NCBI GenBank assembly: GCA_951406725.2
Contig: OX597826.1
Location: 54,312,001 to 54,376,000 of the forward strand
Length of the DNA: 64,000 nucleotides
Origin: Octopus vulgaris
Lineage: Eukaryota
Reading direction: 5' to 3'
The notes below the pieces were generated by a model. It ran no database searches, was not told the origin of the DNA, and worked only from the letters and a program-made list of their open reading frames with translations. Shown here one piece after another: positions 1-13,930 of this stretch. Position numbers and translations under genes: made by a program. Numbering within the stretch: position 1 is the first letter of the stretch; every line of letters begins with the position of its first letter.

Positions 1-267
1 TGGGGCAATAAAGAAATAAGGAACAACAGCACAAGCCAATAAAGGAGCTTCTACGTGGCCGTTCTATCTGTTAAAGATAGATGTTAAATATTCTTCAAAT
101 TACGCTCCAATAACTTACAAAAGAGGTATGTTCGATAATGTGGTCATGAGTTTCCTACTTATGGGAACAAGATGGGATGGTCACAGCTAGAACGATTTAC
201 TTATGAACCTGCACGCACAAGGTTGACCAGTGACTAAGCTACAACAACAACAACAACAGCAGCAGCA

Positions 268-745
268 GTGGAGGCGCAATGACCCAGTGGTTAGGGCAGT
301 GGACTCGCGGTTGTAAGAACGCAGTTTTGATTCCCAGACAGGGCATTGTGAGTGTTTATTGAGCAAAAACACCAAAGCTCCACGAGGCTCCGGCGGGGGG
401 TGGGGTGAACCTCGCTGTACTCTTTCACCACAACTTTCTCTCACTCTTTCTTCCTACTTCTGCCACAAAGCAGAGGAACCATGGTGTAACCTACTATGGG
501 GTGGTAAACTTTCAGACCCTAGTATAGATTGCGAATCACCTGTACCCCAGGATGGTTCAGCTCTCCACTCATTAAAAGCCACCGTTTACGGAATGAGGAT
601 AACAACGTAGCCTTCGCGCCCGTGCAACCGCCAGTCTATCGCGTGTGGTAGGTGGATCTTCAAGTTGCCACACGCACTCTTAGTAGCTTAGAGTAGGCTC
701 TAATTAGAGATTACTCTTTGTGGCTAATGGCGTGAGTCCTGATTG
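268..745 (+). mobile_element. tRNA-derived SINE, group C (copy C1) with a unique ~290-nt 3' module ending at (GAA)n
   Basis: Head GTGGAGGCGCAATGACCCAGTGGTTAGGGCAG with A/B-box-like motifs; body AAAGCTCCACGAGGCTCCGGC...TGTACTCTTTCACCACAACTTTCTCTCACTC shared with copies at 9961, 24444, 24561, 53163 and 59641. Confidence 0.85.
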
Positions 746-845
746 GAAGAAGAAGAAGAAGAAGAAGAAGAAGAAGAAGAAGAAGAAGAAGAAGAAGAAG
801 AAGAAGAAGAAGAAGAAGAAGAAGAAGAAAAAGAAGAAGAAGAAA
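746..845. repeat. (GAA)n microsatellite
   Basis: Direct reading; produces the poly-E/poly-S ORFs. Confidence 0.97.
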
Positions 846-944
846 ACAGCAGCAGCAACATCATGAACAACAACAATAATGAAATTTTCTCGATTATTCT
901 TTCATTTAATTTCATGTGTGTATTTTGTAGAATTGCATGCAACC

Positions 945-1585
945 TTAGAAACTGATTGGACTAAACAGGGAAGTGCATAGAATGTAGAATAAATTCAATT
1001 TCCGGAAAGAGTGGAAAAGTTTAAAAGTTCGGGTTTCCTTCGGCGCCGCTTGCACATCATCAACAGAGAACAGAAGAAATCGAAGGAGTTAAGCACCTGA
1101 CCGAAATTAGAGGAAGTCGATGTCAAATGGAAGTGGTAAAAGTATTCTATGATAATAGAGAGGTCAATTAAAGGGAAGATAATAACGATTGTGTTGATCG
1201 CCGATGTGACATATATTATCTAAGGGAACAAAAACGAACATACATACATGGTCGTAGCGGCGAGCATAAATGCTAATATTTATACTTACACATTAACAAC
1301 GCAGGTACACAAGTTATCATACAGGCAAAAACATACACGTCTATCGAGGTTAAGAAGCAAAAGCACTGAAGATGTGCCGGGAAATGTGGACTGTACAGTC
1401 GTACTGGGGCTTCGAATTAGAAGTGATTGAGGCAGATATTCATGCCATTAAGGCAGAGGTTCCTAAGATGGAAAATGAGTCGTTGTTCCTGAAGTTGTCT
1501 AGTCTTCCTATCGTCACCGTAACTGGAGTACCGCAGACAGAAAGATGGTGAAAGGAATGACTAGGTGATCTGAAGAGTCAAGTTA
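945..1585 (-). mobile_element. Penelope-like element remnant: C-terminal end of GIY-YIG endonuclease plus 3' region
   Basis: Minus-strand translation with one frameshift: FRSPSHSFHHLSVCG/SYGDDRKTRQLQEQRLIFHLRNLCLNGMNI, matching the typical PLE C-terminus (H..HS...LSV.G...R...EQ.LIF.L..L...GMN). Confidence 0.7.
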
Positions 1586-1949
1586 TTATTACTGTGAGGA
1601 TACAAGAGGCATTGTTAAAAGATAAATATTCTATAACGAATATATTTTAAAAGTTAGTTTTGCTACTATTTGATAAAACAGTATTATGCCCAACATTTTT
1701 AAGCATTGGCTCGTCCATAAATATGGACGAGCCAATAAAGGAACCTCTATGTGGTAGCTCGACATGTTAGAATTAGCAACTAAATCTTATTCAAACAATA
1801 TCCTGCTATTTTAAAAGAAAGAAGGTTATATTAAATAAAGTGGCCCAAGGCACACTATTTTTTAAGATAAAGGGCGGAGTGATTACGGATGGAACGCCTT
1901 CGATCAGAGTTGTACTGGAGCTAGAGAATAACAATATCATTATAAAACA

Positions 1950-2320
1950 GGCATGGCTGTGTGGTTGTGTGGTTAAGAAGCTCGCTTTGCAACCAGGTGG
2001 TTTCGGTTTCAGTCCCACTGCGAGTATCAATGCTTTGAGAATGAGTTTGGTTACCGGAAAATGTGTGCAAGTCCGTTGCATATATATATATGTATGTTCG
2101 TGTGTGTATGTGTGCATGTTTGTGTGTGTATATGTGTGTGTGTGTGTTTGCGTGCGTGGATGTGTATACGTCTTTGTGTTTTGTCACTTCAGCTTGACGG
2201 TCGGTGTTGGTTTATTTATGTCCCCGTAACCAAGCGCTTCAGCAAAAGAGACCGAGAGAATAAGTATTGAATTAAAAAAAAAAAAGTACTGGGGTCGATT
2301 CGTCCGACTAAAACCCTTCT
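1950..2320 (+). mobile_element. tRNA-derived SINE group D (degenerate, internal TG/TA microsatellite)
   Basis: GGCTGTGTGGTT..AAGAAGCT..GTTTCAGTCCCACTGCG head and TCCCCGTAAC..GCAAAAGAGACCGA..AATAAGTA..GGGGTCGATT body, shared with the 40175-40590 copy. Confidence 0.8.
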
Positions 2321-3214
2321 GTTTTAGTTTCTCATTTAATTTGTTTTCAAATGAAATGTTGGATGTAAAACAAGATTCTGGATAAAACAATAATAATAAC
2401 ATTTCATTTCGGATACCTGTATGATTATTTGATATACATTTCCATTCCATTTATTCTGATTATAAATTTAACCACGCACCAATGCAGGTGAAGAAAATAA
2501 ATCACTTGACGTTTCGGTGATAGACCTACCCATCAGTGTCTGACCAACACATGTTTGTCCCTGTTGACTTTTGATAACAGTGGGAACAGTCGATTACATC
2601 GATCTCAACACTTGATCGGTATTTTCTTCTCGATATTTATGGAAGGATAAACAGCTAAGTCTATCATGACAAAATTCACTTTGTTTACCTGTTAATTAAG
2701 AAGGAAGTGTTGTGCCTATTACTCTTACAGGTAGTTTAAGGTGTCTGATATACAAGGGCGAATGCGTTCTCTCACTTTCCAGCTCACAGAGAAGGGTGAC
2801 ATGTAGCATCTGATCCCACCTTACCATCGTCTGTCATTCGAACCTTAGCGTATCCCAAGACCCTGATGCCCATTTACATCACTGCTTACAGGGACTTCGG
2901 GAATGGTGAAAGGGAGAAAGGAAGGAGGGTATCCTCAAACTGGAGACTTGGCACGAAAGCTTGCACCAGTGTGCTAAAGGCACTCAACGTGCCAAGCGGT
3001 GGTGTTAAACCGGGTAGCGGATTAAGTCTGTCACCTTTGTAGCTCATGGTGGGATTCGAATTCAGAATACAAAGAACCATTATAAATATCGACGTTCTTA
3101 CAGTTCTACCTATCCATTTCCGTTTTTCTTTTATTGTCCCTGAGAAAAAACGAAAGGTAAATTTTGATTTCTGCGGGAGCTGAACTTAGAACGTAGAACG
3201 TAGAGAATCGCATT

Positions 3215-3628
3215 CTTATTTCTTTATTGCTCACAAGGGGCTAAACATATATGGTACAAACAAGGACAAAAGGGTTAAGTCGATTACATCAACCCCAGTG
3301 CGTAACTGGTATTTAATTTATCGACTCGGAAAGGATGAAAGGCAAAGTCGACCTCGGTGGAATTTGAACTCAGAACGTAAAGACAGACGAAATACCTATT
3401 TCTTTACTACCTACAAGGGGCTAATCACAGAGAGGACAAATAAGGAGAAACAAAGGGATTAAGTCGATTACATCGACCCCAGTGCGTAACTGGTACTTAA
3501 TTTATCGACCCCGATAGGACGAAAGGCAAAGTCGACCTCAGCGGAATTTGAACTCAGAACGTAACAGCAGACGAAATACAGCTACGCATTTCGCCCGGCG
3601 TGCTAACGTTTCTGCCAGCTCGTCGCAT
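3215..3628 (-). mobile_element. SINE group A, two-unit nested/tandem array
   Basis: Reverse complement of AAGGCGGCGAGCTGGCAGAAACGTTAGCACG...GAGTTCAAATTCCGCCGAGGTCGACTTTGCCTTTCATCCTTTCGGGGTCGATAAATTAAGTACCAG...CCCCTTGTG..AATAAAGAAAT; unit junction at ~3396. Confidence 0.9.
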
Positions 3629-3704
3629 TCTGTTCGGCGCTCTAACGACTCTATCAATTCACCGCCTAAATTTGAACCAAAAACACAAAATGCCACAAGC
3701 AGGG

Positions 3705-3982
3705 AACACAAGGCGGATCTTGTTAAATTTCTTTCAACCGATTGGAGTACTTCAAATTTTCGTAAGATTAAAAAAAAAAAAAAAAAAAAATTCTCCACTG
3801 ATACACTTTGCATTCTGATGACAAAAATCATATTTTGTATTTTTTCTTGAAATTAATGAGATTTTCAGTATCAACACGCAAAAAAAAATACCGAAACTAC
3901 ATTTTTCTGAAAATAATCTTGTGTAAATTTGAAATACTTCAAGTGGTTGAAATAAATTTAGCAAGATCTCACAAGGTGTTTT
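3705..3982. mobile_element. MITE-like foldback element with ~55-bp imperfect inverted arms
   Basis: 3715-3769 GGATCTTGTTAAATTTCTTTCAACCGATTGGAGTACTTCAAATTTTCGTAAGATT is the imperfect reverse complement of 3915-3969. Confidence 0.55.
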
Positions 3983-4729
3983 GTCCAACGATTTAACGAT
4001 CCATCGATCGATCGATCGATCGATCCATCGATCGATCCATTCATCCATCCATCCATCCATCCATCCATCCCCTGACTCTCCTCGTTCCTCAACTCCCCTC
4101 CCTCCTCTTCCTCTCTCCACCCATCCATACTTCACTTGGTGCGTAACACTTTCGATTTTCATTTTTGAAATATTTTATTTTCCCGCTGTAGTTTTTTTCT
4201 ATATTTCAGTAAGTTCCAAACAACTTAATCCAATATTGATGCATTGAATGTAACCTTAAACACTAAAGCAGAACCATTTTTCTACTGAAAGAGCACAAAG
4301 AACACAAGAGAACATCCGCAATTGAGAGCAGAGAAGCCATCAAACGACCCATCTCCATCAACACATCCTTGTTCAGGTGTGTCTTTCCAAGTACTTCTAT
4401 TTACTTATCTCGTCATTGACCACATAAGAACGAACGACAAATTGTATGACCTTCGAGTCGAGTTTGAACCCATTATAGAATGTGTGATGGTGGTGGGGAA
4501 CAAAAAAAAAAGTGATGAAATGCTGTAAAGTCTGGTGGCTTTCTCCCCATCCTCTCCCTTTCTTTTTTTTTCTTTCTTTCTCCTGTTTCTATTGAATCAA
4601 ACCAAATGTCACCAATTTTGAAGTAACGGGAACATAACAAAAGGATGTTTGAAAGAGGCCAAAATATCAAGCGAAATCTTTTTATATGTAAACACACGTT
4701 CAGACACAGGAACATTCTCAAAGGTATAC

Positions 4730-4741
4730 AGACACACACGA

Positions 4742-4794
<53 letters not shown>

Positions 4795-4882
4795 CATATA
4801 TACTTGTGTACATATACATGTATATATACATACGTATATGTATATGCATATACTTATATATTTATATATATATGCATATACA

Positions 4883-4932
<50 letters not shown>

Positions 4933-5020
4933 CATACATACATACATACATACTTGTATATGTAAATATATATGTGTATTTACACATATATACATATATA
5001 TGTATATATACATATATACA

Positions 5021-5064
<44 letters not shown>

Positions 5065-5277
5065 CATACATACATACATTCACATACATACATACATACA
5101 TACATAAAAGCATACATTCACACACGTATGTATTTACACGTACACATATATACGTATATAGTGCTGCGAATGTATATACATATCCATTTTAAGTTTCAAT
5201 ATCGTGTAAATCAAACAGATTACATCTTTTATTTTTACTTTAGTACATTTGAAGTAACTGTTTTGCGATATTTTTGG

Positions 5278-5352
<75 letters not shown>

Positions 5353-5378
5353 TATATATGTATGTATATGTATATATG

Positions 5379-5409
<31 letters not shown>

Positions 5410-5895
5410 GTATGTGTGTGTGTATGTGTGTGTGTGTTTGCATGTATGTTTATGTATGTATCACTTTGCTGTCCCTATAATACATATTTCTGTTTAATTT
5501 TTGTGTTTTTGTGTTGGAGATGAATGACGACTGCCAACGCACTCCCATCACTCGACCGCCTGAGGCCATCAAATAAACGACGTTATTGACTCATTGCTTT
5601 ACATTAGGTTTACATCTTTATATAGACACACACGCACACGTACACACACTCACACATATACACACATACACACATAACACACACATAGACACACACATAC
5701 ACACACACACATATATATATACATATATATGTATATATGTATATGTATATATGTGTGTGTTTGTGTATATACACATAAATATAAATGTATATATATATAC
5801 ATATATATATGTATATATATATATATACATATATATGTATATATACATGTATATATATATATGTATATATATATGTATATATATATATATATATG

Positions 5896-5937
<42 letters not shown>

Positions 5938-6043
5938 TAAATACACACACCATACACACACATATAAATACATATACAGACATTTTCCCGCTCTCTCTCT
6001 CTTTCTGTGTCTCTTTGTGTCTCTCTGTCTGTCTCTCTGTCTT

Positions 6044-6078
<35 letters not shown>

Positions 6079-6136
6079 TAAGCACATATTTATGTACGGA
6101 TATATATCTCACACAAGTACACTCACAGTTTCATAG

Positions 6137-6183
<47 letters not shown>

Positions 6184-6208
6184 CTCACACACACATACAC
6201 ATATGCAC

Positions 6209-6248
<40 letters not shown>

Positions 6249-6326
6249 ACACACTGGCCAGCAACAGAGAAACCACAAGAGTAGTAAAGGAAGTTGAAAA
6301 GAAACTATTGGAAAAAAAACAGGTAG

Positions 6327-6390
<64 letters not shown>

Positions 6391-6410
6391 CAGAGAGAGA
6401 AAGAGATAGA
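4730..6410. repeat. Compound (CA)n/(TA)n/(TACA)n/(GA)n microsatellite field
   Basis: Direct reading; source of the YI/HT/VC-repeat ORFs. Confidence 0.95.
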
Positions 6411-6963
6411 GAGATGGAGAGAGTGAAAGACTGCTTTATATTAGATTATACCTCTGCCCTCCACCCGGTGTCGCTTCCTCCCACTCATTGCACATAGTTT
6501 TTCATTCACATTCTTTCATCTTTTCACCTCATCGACATCTTAGTGTCCCCAGACCCACCTCGAGCCCCTCCCTCTTGTCTAACAACCACTGAGACCCTCA
6601 ACCTTAGAAAAACTACCGAAATTCTGGCTTAGCTAACTTTACATACATCAAACAGAACATTTCTATGGAATAACTGCTGATACAGCAGTGTCAACGGTCA
6701 AAAACTAGCGCCGAATGAACAGTTTTTAACATCACCAATATATATACATGTGTGTGTGTGTGAGTGAGTGTGAATTTATATGTATGTGTGTGTATCTGTG
6801 TCTGTATGCATAGAGACGAGAGGAAAGGAGACAGAAAGAGAGAAAGAGAGAGGGAGAGAGAGAGCGGGAGAAGGTATGAAATGAAAGGAATGATAGAAAA
6901 AAGTGTGAACGAGGCAGAAAGATATCTTTCTAACAGCCTGACTGCCTGTCTGCCTGCCTGCCA

Positions 6964-7015
<52 letters not shown>

Positions 7016-7112
7016 GCCTGCCTGCCTGCTTATCTGTCTGACTGTCTATCTATCTATACAATATCGCAGATCTCTCTCCTTTTCTTTATATGTATATGTA
7101 TGCACTTGAATG

Positions 7113-7175
<63 letters not shown>

Positions 7176-7246
7176 TTGTGTTTGTGTGTGTAAGTTTGAG
7201 TGTAAGTATGTATATATGCATGTGTGTGTCTATATTTATGTATCAC

Positions 7247-7300
<54 letters not shown>

Positions 7301-7302
7301 CA

Positions 7303-7510
7303 TACAAAATGGGACAAGAACGCAAAACATCCAGATAGACGATACAAAAAACACGGACGGGTCATTCGAGGCCTTTAATCTTCAGTCAAGAATCGGATCA
7401 TCCTCGCAATTTCGGCTGATAAATCTTGAGATTGCTCCAATCTGGCCAGCCCCAAGGAAAAACTAAGCTAAGAGCATTAGATTCCTTGGAAAAAGGATCG
7501 AATGTATACG
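7303..7510 (-). repeat. Interspersed repeat family E (unclassified; strand arbitrary)
   Basis: GGGACAAGAACGCAAAACATCC...GATTGCTCCAATCTGGCCAGCCCCAAGGAAAAACTAAGCTAAGAGCATTAGATTCCTTGG recurs at 41498-41790 and inverted at ~19240-19478; each copy abuts a TA/CA microsatellite. Confidence 0.8.
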
Positions 7511-7556
7511 ATGTACACACACACACACACGCACACATATATATATATATAGGGAG

Positions 7557-7607
<51 letters not shown>

Positions 7608-7867
7608 CAGCGAGACAAATAATAAACTGAATATTTTTAATTAATCACTTTTTTCAGATTATTTTTTATTTAAACGAATTTGATATCACGTGTGTGTGTA
7701 TGTGTGTGTGTGTGTGCATTTGCCTAGTTACTGTATTTCTATGTATAAGCATGAGATTGTGTGTGTATGTATACGTGTCCATGTACGTGTGTGTGTACAT
7801 ATATGTATGTGTCTGTATGTGTGCATCGGTGTGTAGGGTTGCGTGTGTATCCATTTATCTATCTATC

Positions 7868-7969
<102 letters not shown>

Positions 7970-8147
7970 AAAGTTTTTCTTTCTGTGATACACGATCCCT
8001 TTTGATGGTTTTTTTTTCCGATCCCTTTTAATCGAAATTTTACATTTGTTTCCATTTTTTAAATCCTTTTCCATCTTCAAAAAGAAAAGCCCTACATTTG
8101 TAATTGTCCCCTCTGTGTCCAGCCCTGTGTGGCCAATAAAGAAAGTT
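7970..8147 (+). mobile_element. 3'-terminal fragment of a probable Tx1/L1-type LINE embedded in (TATC)n
   Basis: T-rich UTR ending GTCCCCTCTGTGTCCAGCCCTGTGTGGCCAATAAAGAA, similar to the 3' end of the LINE at 23150; (TATC)n on both sides. Confidence 0.55.
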
Positions 8148-8166
8148 ATCTATCTATCTAGCTATC

Positions 8167-8225
<59 letters not shown>

Positions 8226-8237
8226 ATCAATCAATCA

Positions 8238-8307
<70 letters not shown>

Positions 8308-8394
8308 ACATACATACATACATACATACTTACATACATACATACATATATACATACATACATACATACATACATACATACATACATGCATACA

Positions 8395-9482
8395 ATAACC
8401 TAGAATACATGCCCAAAGAAGTCGCACGATTCTACCGCAATGTATCATCAGATGAAAGGACGAGCCTATATGAGCAGAAGACTATGTTAGTAGAAAGCTC
8501 CGAGAAGATAGTAACATTGATCATTAAAGCAGTCTATCATGGACCAATAGCCAGATTACTACCTTCCACTTTGAAGGGTTATGCGTTTGTAATCCAGGAA
8601 TAGGAAGTATTAACCAAATACTTCTGATGCACAAAAAGGATAGTGATTCAAGAAAAGCAGTAAAATGTGACAACCGATGCAGACTTTATGGAGTTAACAC
8701 CAAAAGATATCACCCACATCATAAGCAGTTATCCGAAAATGTCATCACGGTATTATCCACCGATGAGACATGATGTTGTAGCTAGGACACTCTATAATGA
8801 AATCCATCGGAAGGATAACCAAAAGGACAAATAAATATGAACCCACAGTATGGTAGAAGCCATAGCCACTCATAATAAAAAGGAGTACTAGTGAAATGTC
8901 CTAGTGAAGACCTCGATAAAATGTAAGCTCAACAGACCTGATATAATGATTTAGGATAGAGAAGAGAAACTGTGTACAGTTGTGGAAATTAGCTACCCAA
9001 CGGATGTTAACGTAAAGCTGGAGACCAGTGTAAAAGAGAATGTCAAAGCTGAGCTATCGAGAAATCTGTGACGGGAAGGATCAGCTTAACTAGTTGAGCA
9101 CGTCCTTTAGTGGCTGACAATATGTGCACCCCTGATCACGAGCAGAAGCAGTGGGGGAACATTATAGCCAGGTGTTGAGTTTGAGTAATTAATCCCTGGA
9201 AAGAAACATGGGTGTTTTGTTAGTCATTCTTTATCAGCCCTTATTCGGGGACATTTTGAGCGTGATATTTTGATCGACCTGAAGAAAATTCTAACAAGAC
9301 TCCACCTTCAGGGTCATGCACTGCTTATCTTGATATGGGATCATCATGTCGCGCACATATGGTTGTGATGCATGTGTCTGGTGTACCCTTATCAGACGGG
9401 TAGTCATGGTGGGTATATTGGGCTTCGTATATTTGTATTCCAATGTCACTTTGATGACATGTGCTGCTCTCTCACTCAATAA
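8395..9482 (+). mobile_element. Decayed, 5'-truncated R4/Dong-clade non-LTR retrotransposon (Zn knuckle + RLE + 3' UTR)
   Basis: Translation across stops/frameshifts: KAVYHG...GYAFVIQE.EVLTKY...CDNRCRL...DITHIISS.PKMSSRYY.PMRHDVVARTLY...NRPDIMI.DREEKLCTVVEISYP; the 3' end TCTCTCACTC-AATAAT recurs at 57532-57640. Confidence 0.85.
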
Positions 9483-9489
9483 TGATAAT

Positions 9490-9683
9490 CCTTTCTATTA
9501 TAGGCACAAGACCTGCTAGACTGCTACTCATTTTATTGATCCTGAGAGGTTGAATTTGAACTCAGAACGTAACAGAATTTGAACTCAGAACGTAACAGAA
9601 TTTGAACTCAGAACGTAACGACGGACGAAATGTCGCTAAGCGTTTTGTCCGGCATGATAACGATTCTCCCACCTCGTTGCCTT
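9490..9683 (-). mobile_element. SINE group A (short-tail variant) with triplicated B-box segment
   Basis: Group A motifs; GAATTTGAACTCAGAACGTAACA x3 at 9552-9619. Confidence 0.75.
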
Positions 9684-9699
9684 AATAATAATAAAAATT

Positions 9700-9742
9700 A
9701 CAGCAGCGGCAGCTTCAACAACAACAACAGCAACAACAACAG

Positions 9743-9802
<60 letters not shown>

Positions 9803-9960
9803 CAACAGCAGCAAAAGCAAGAACAACAGCAGCCGCAACAACAGCAACAGCAGCAACAACAAAAACAACAGCAACTACAGCAACAACAACAATAGCAGCA
9901 ATAACAACAACAACAACAACAACAACAACAATAGCAGCAGTAGTAGCAGCAGCAACAGCA
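9700..9960. repeat. (CAA/CAG)n low-complexity repeat
   Basis: Direct reading. Confidence 0.95.
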
Positions 9961-10302
9961 GTGGAAGCGCAATGGCCCAATGGTTAGGGCAGCGGACTCG
10001 CGGTCGGAGGATCGCAGTTTCGATTTCCAGACCGGGCGTTGTGTGTGTTTATTGAGCGAATACACCTAAAGCTCCACTGGACTCCGGCAGGGGTTGGTGG
10101 TGACCCCTGTTGTACTCTTTCGCCCCAACTTTCTCTCTTCCTGTTTCTTGTCCCCGACTTAATACGCAACCGCAGAGCCTGGATGCGCATTCATCCATCC
10201 GTCGATGCTCTCGGTGTCGGGGGTTGACCTGCTTTCTCTTCTGCGGGTCTTACGAATATCAAAGGACCACGTTTCGGACTTCTCCCGAAGACCGCTTCGC
10301 TC
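9961..10302 (+). mobile_element. SINE group C (copy C2) with a distinct 3' module, flanked by CAA/CAG repeats
   Basis: Group C head and body; tail TCCCCGACTTAATACGCAACCGCAGAGCC...CCGAAGACCGCTTCGCTC is not found in other C copies. Confidence 0.85.
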
Positions 10303-11156
10303 AACAGCAACAGCAACAGCAACAATTACTATTACAGATAGTCAACCATAAATTTTGGGGAAAGAAAGAACTGGGTAAATCGAGTTCAGTTCTTGACTGG
10401 TACATCGTTTTTATAGACCCCAGAGGGATGAACAAGAGTGACTTCAGTGGAATTTGAACTCAAAACGTGAAAAACTGGAAGAAATAGCGTTTATGTATTT
10501 TATGTGACGTTCTAGCGATTGATTTGATCCACTGCCTTTTATTTACACATCGTCATCGTTGATATTGAAAAGAAAAAAATCAGTGCTGGATCTCCGTCGT
10601 ACGACCACGAGGATTCAGCGAAACAAACTGCTGATGAATTAGCGTGCAAGTGACTGAGTATCCCACGGACACGCATATCTTTTAACACAATCCTTCAGGT
10701 AGAATCTGCGTGTGACAGTGTGTGCGTATGTGTGTGTGTGGGTACAAAACTATACTTTTTGAATTACAGATACCGTTAAGATAGTAGGCTAAGATTTAAA
10801 GATAACTTGACTGCTATTTCTAGGAAATCAGATAACCACATAGAAGCTCCTTTGAGCTGTTGGTGACGTAATTCACTGCAACCAGCCGTGGAAATATTAT
10901 AAAATCCATGACTTTATTTTTGACATCCATCTCCGTCTTTAGAGGTGAAATAAAATTATTTGATGAGCATTAAAAAAATCCAATAGAATTGAAACTTATC
11001 TAAGAGTAGATGGCACAATATTGGTTAATTTTATTGGTTTAATGTTATAGAAACAGGATATAAGCATTTTCCCAGTGATTCCTTGCATTCTTGAGATTTG
11101 GTAAAGGAGGGTTAAAAGTAAAAAAAATGTATGAAAAACTGTGAACAACGCAGACA

Positions 11157-11229
<73 letters not shown>

Positions 11230-11230
11230 G

Positions 11231-11265
<35 letters not shown>

Positions 11266-11456
11266 GTATGTATATATATATATGTATGTATATATATATA
11301 TATATATATATATCTGCATATAATCTCTCTCTCCGTCCCCGCTCTCTCTCTCTCGCTATATATATATTTTGTATATATATATATACATCTACATACATAT
11401 GTATATATTATATATATATTATGTATATATATATACCTACATACATTTGTATATAT

Positions 11457-11521
<65 letters not shown>

Positions 11522-12051
11522 ATATAGACACACACATACTCGCATATGTATATATAGATTAGATTAGATAGACAGATACACGGATAGATACAGACAAAGA
11601 GTACATAATCAAAGCGTATGAAGGAAAGGGAGAGAGGGAGAGAGAGAGAGAGAAGAAGAAGAAGAGAAGGAGACAGATAGAGAGGCTGATTGATGCATTT
11701 ATAGGAGAGTAGTTAGAGGGAGGAGGAGGAGGAGGAGGAGGAAGGAGAGAGCGGAATTGTCAATGGTTTAGACGAGAATGAAACGAATTGAAATGGAAAT
11801 GCGAAGTGAAGAACGGCGAGAGGAATGGTCGTTTGTTTGGTTTCTGATTTCCAAGATAAACCAGATCGATTGCTAATGAGAAATATATTCATTCCATGTT
11901 TATACAGTTTAATAAATAAACATATACGCATACATACCTACATACATACATATATACATACGTGCATACACATATACTCACCCCTCCATATATATATATA
12001 TATATATATATATACATGCACATATATATATATATATATGTACGTATATAC

Positions 12052-12110
<59 letters not shown>

Positions 12111-12302
12111 CATACACATACGTATATATATGTATATACACGCACACACACACACACACATATATATATGTATATATATATGTAAATATATATATGTATA
12201 TATATATATGTATATATATATATATGTATATATTTATATATATATATGTATATGTATATGTATATATATATGTATATGTATATGTATATATATATATATA
12301 TG

Positions 12303-12359
<57 letters not shown>

Positions 12360-13479
12360 CAATAAAAAATAAATAAAATTTATAAATAAAAAAGAAATTT
12401 TGCATCGAGGAAATTTTGGTAAATTCTTCGATTCCTTGCTCTGAAGACAATTGAGTGAAATTGATTGTTTTTAAAAATCAATGAAAACCGATTCTACCCT
12501 AAAATAGACAGCCGACCCTTTCTCCCCTAACTCTCCCCTCTTTCGTTGACTAGGATTTAACCTAACCAAGTAGGGGTGGGCAGAAACAGACTTTAGTTGT
12601 TGACATTATTGATTTCTGTGAAAATGCTCCTGATTTTCTTTTATTGTTGCATATATGTTTTTTTTTTGTATTTTTGTTTGTCTTTTATTATTATTTTATT
12701 TTTGTACTTGTATTTGTATGGAGCAGAAAATAAACATGTTATTTTTGTTAAATAAAATAAAACAAAATAAAACGTAACGGTGTTCGTGGTGGGATATACA
12801 ATGTAGAATAAATCCTATATATAACCTATACGTGTATATACATATATGCATACATACATACATACATATACACACACACATACATACATACGTACATACA
12901 TACATACATACATACATACATACATACATACATACATACATGCATACATACATATATAGATGATGTAAACTCTCTCACATACTCCCACATACGTGCACGT
13001 ACACGCGCACGCACACTCATACACACATATACACGCAAATATGTATTTGCTTATACATACACATATACGTATGTATATGTGTAAGTACGTAAGAATGTAC
13101 TTATATGTAAAATAATATGTATACATAAACATATATATAACATACATAGACGCACACATAGATATGTATACACACACACATAAACACACACACACACGCA
13201 CACATATACACACACACACACACATATATACATGCGTAAACACACACATATTTATAACTATATATATATACACACACGCACGCGCACATGCACATGTCCA
13301 CGCCCACGCACACTCACATACACACACACGTAGGCGTTGATATGTATTGTATATTGTGTGTGTATATTTTGTGGGAAGTCTGGAACCGTCAAGTCAGGAA
13401 GAAGAGGTGACGAGAAGGAGAAAGAGAAAGAAACTAGTTAAGAAAAATGAAAGAAAGCAAGAGAGAGAGATAGAGAGAA

Positions 13480-13557
13480 GAAGAAAAAGAAGAAGAAGAA
13501 GAAGAAGAAGAAGAAGAAGAAGAAGAAGAAGAAGAAGAAGAAGAAGGAGAAGAAGAA

Positions 13558-13592
<35 letters not shown>

Positions 13593-13792
13593 AGAAGGAG
13601 AAGGAGAAGGAGAAGGAGAAGAAGAAGGAGAATGAGAAGAAGGAGAAGAAAAAGAAGAAGAAGAAGAAGAAGAAGAAGAAGAAGGAAAAGAAGAAGAAGA
13701 AGAAGAACAAGAAAAAGAAGAAGAAGAAGAAGAAGAAGAAGGAAAAGAAGAAGCTGGAGAAGAAGGAGAAGAAGGAGAAGAAAAAGAAGAAG
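13480..13792. repeat. (GAA)n-rich purine tract
   Basis: Direct reading; produces the poly-R/poly-S/poly-F ORFs. Confidence 0.95.
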
Positions 13793-13883
13793 TAGTAGGG
13801 TGTGAGAGAGCAGATAAGGAAAGAGAAAAAAGAATGAGTAAAAAAAAGACTAGCAGTAGGCAAACAGACAAACATACAGATAG

Positions 13884-13930
<47 letters not shown>

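Noticed and set aside
38-200. Old repeat similar to 1733-1910 and (inverted) 48490-48600
   Set aside because: The similarity is visible but too degenerate to delimit or classify by eye.
1028-1070. TTGATGA...CGAAG on the minus strand in the PLE 3' region
   Set aside because: The position is suggestive, but GAAA, the cleavage triplet and stem I cannot be assigned.
7355-7455. Hammerhead-like words in family E (CTGAAGA...CGAA; CAGCC-GAAA on the minus strand)
   Set aside because: No consistent stem I/III, and the core is not conserved across the three copies.
10706-10722. TGCGTGTGACAG resembling part of miR-210
   Set aside because: It lies in a decayed copy of the C3-type SINE tail (~10585-10770) and has no precursor hairpin.
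11050-11106. Possible micro-exon (AG...TG|GTAAAG)
   Set aside because: Weak splice signals only, no polypyrimidine tract and no recognisable peptide.
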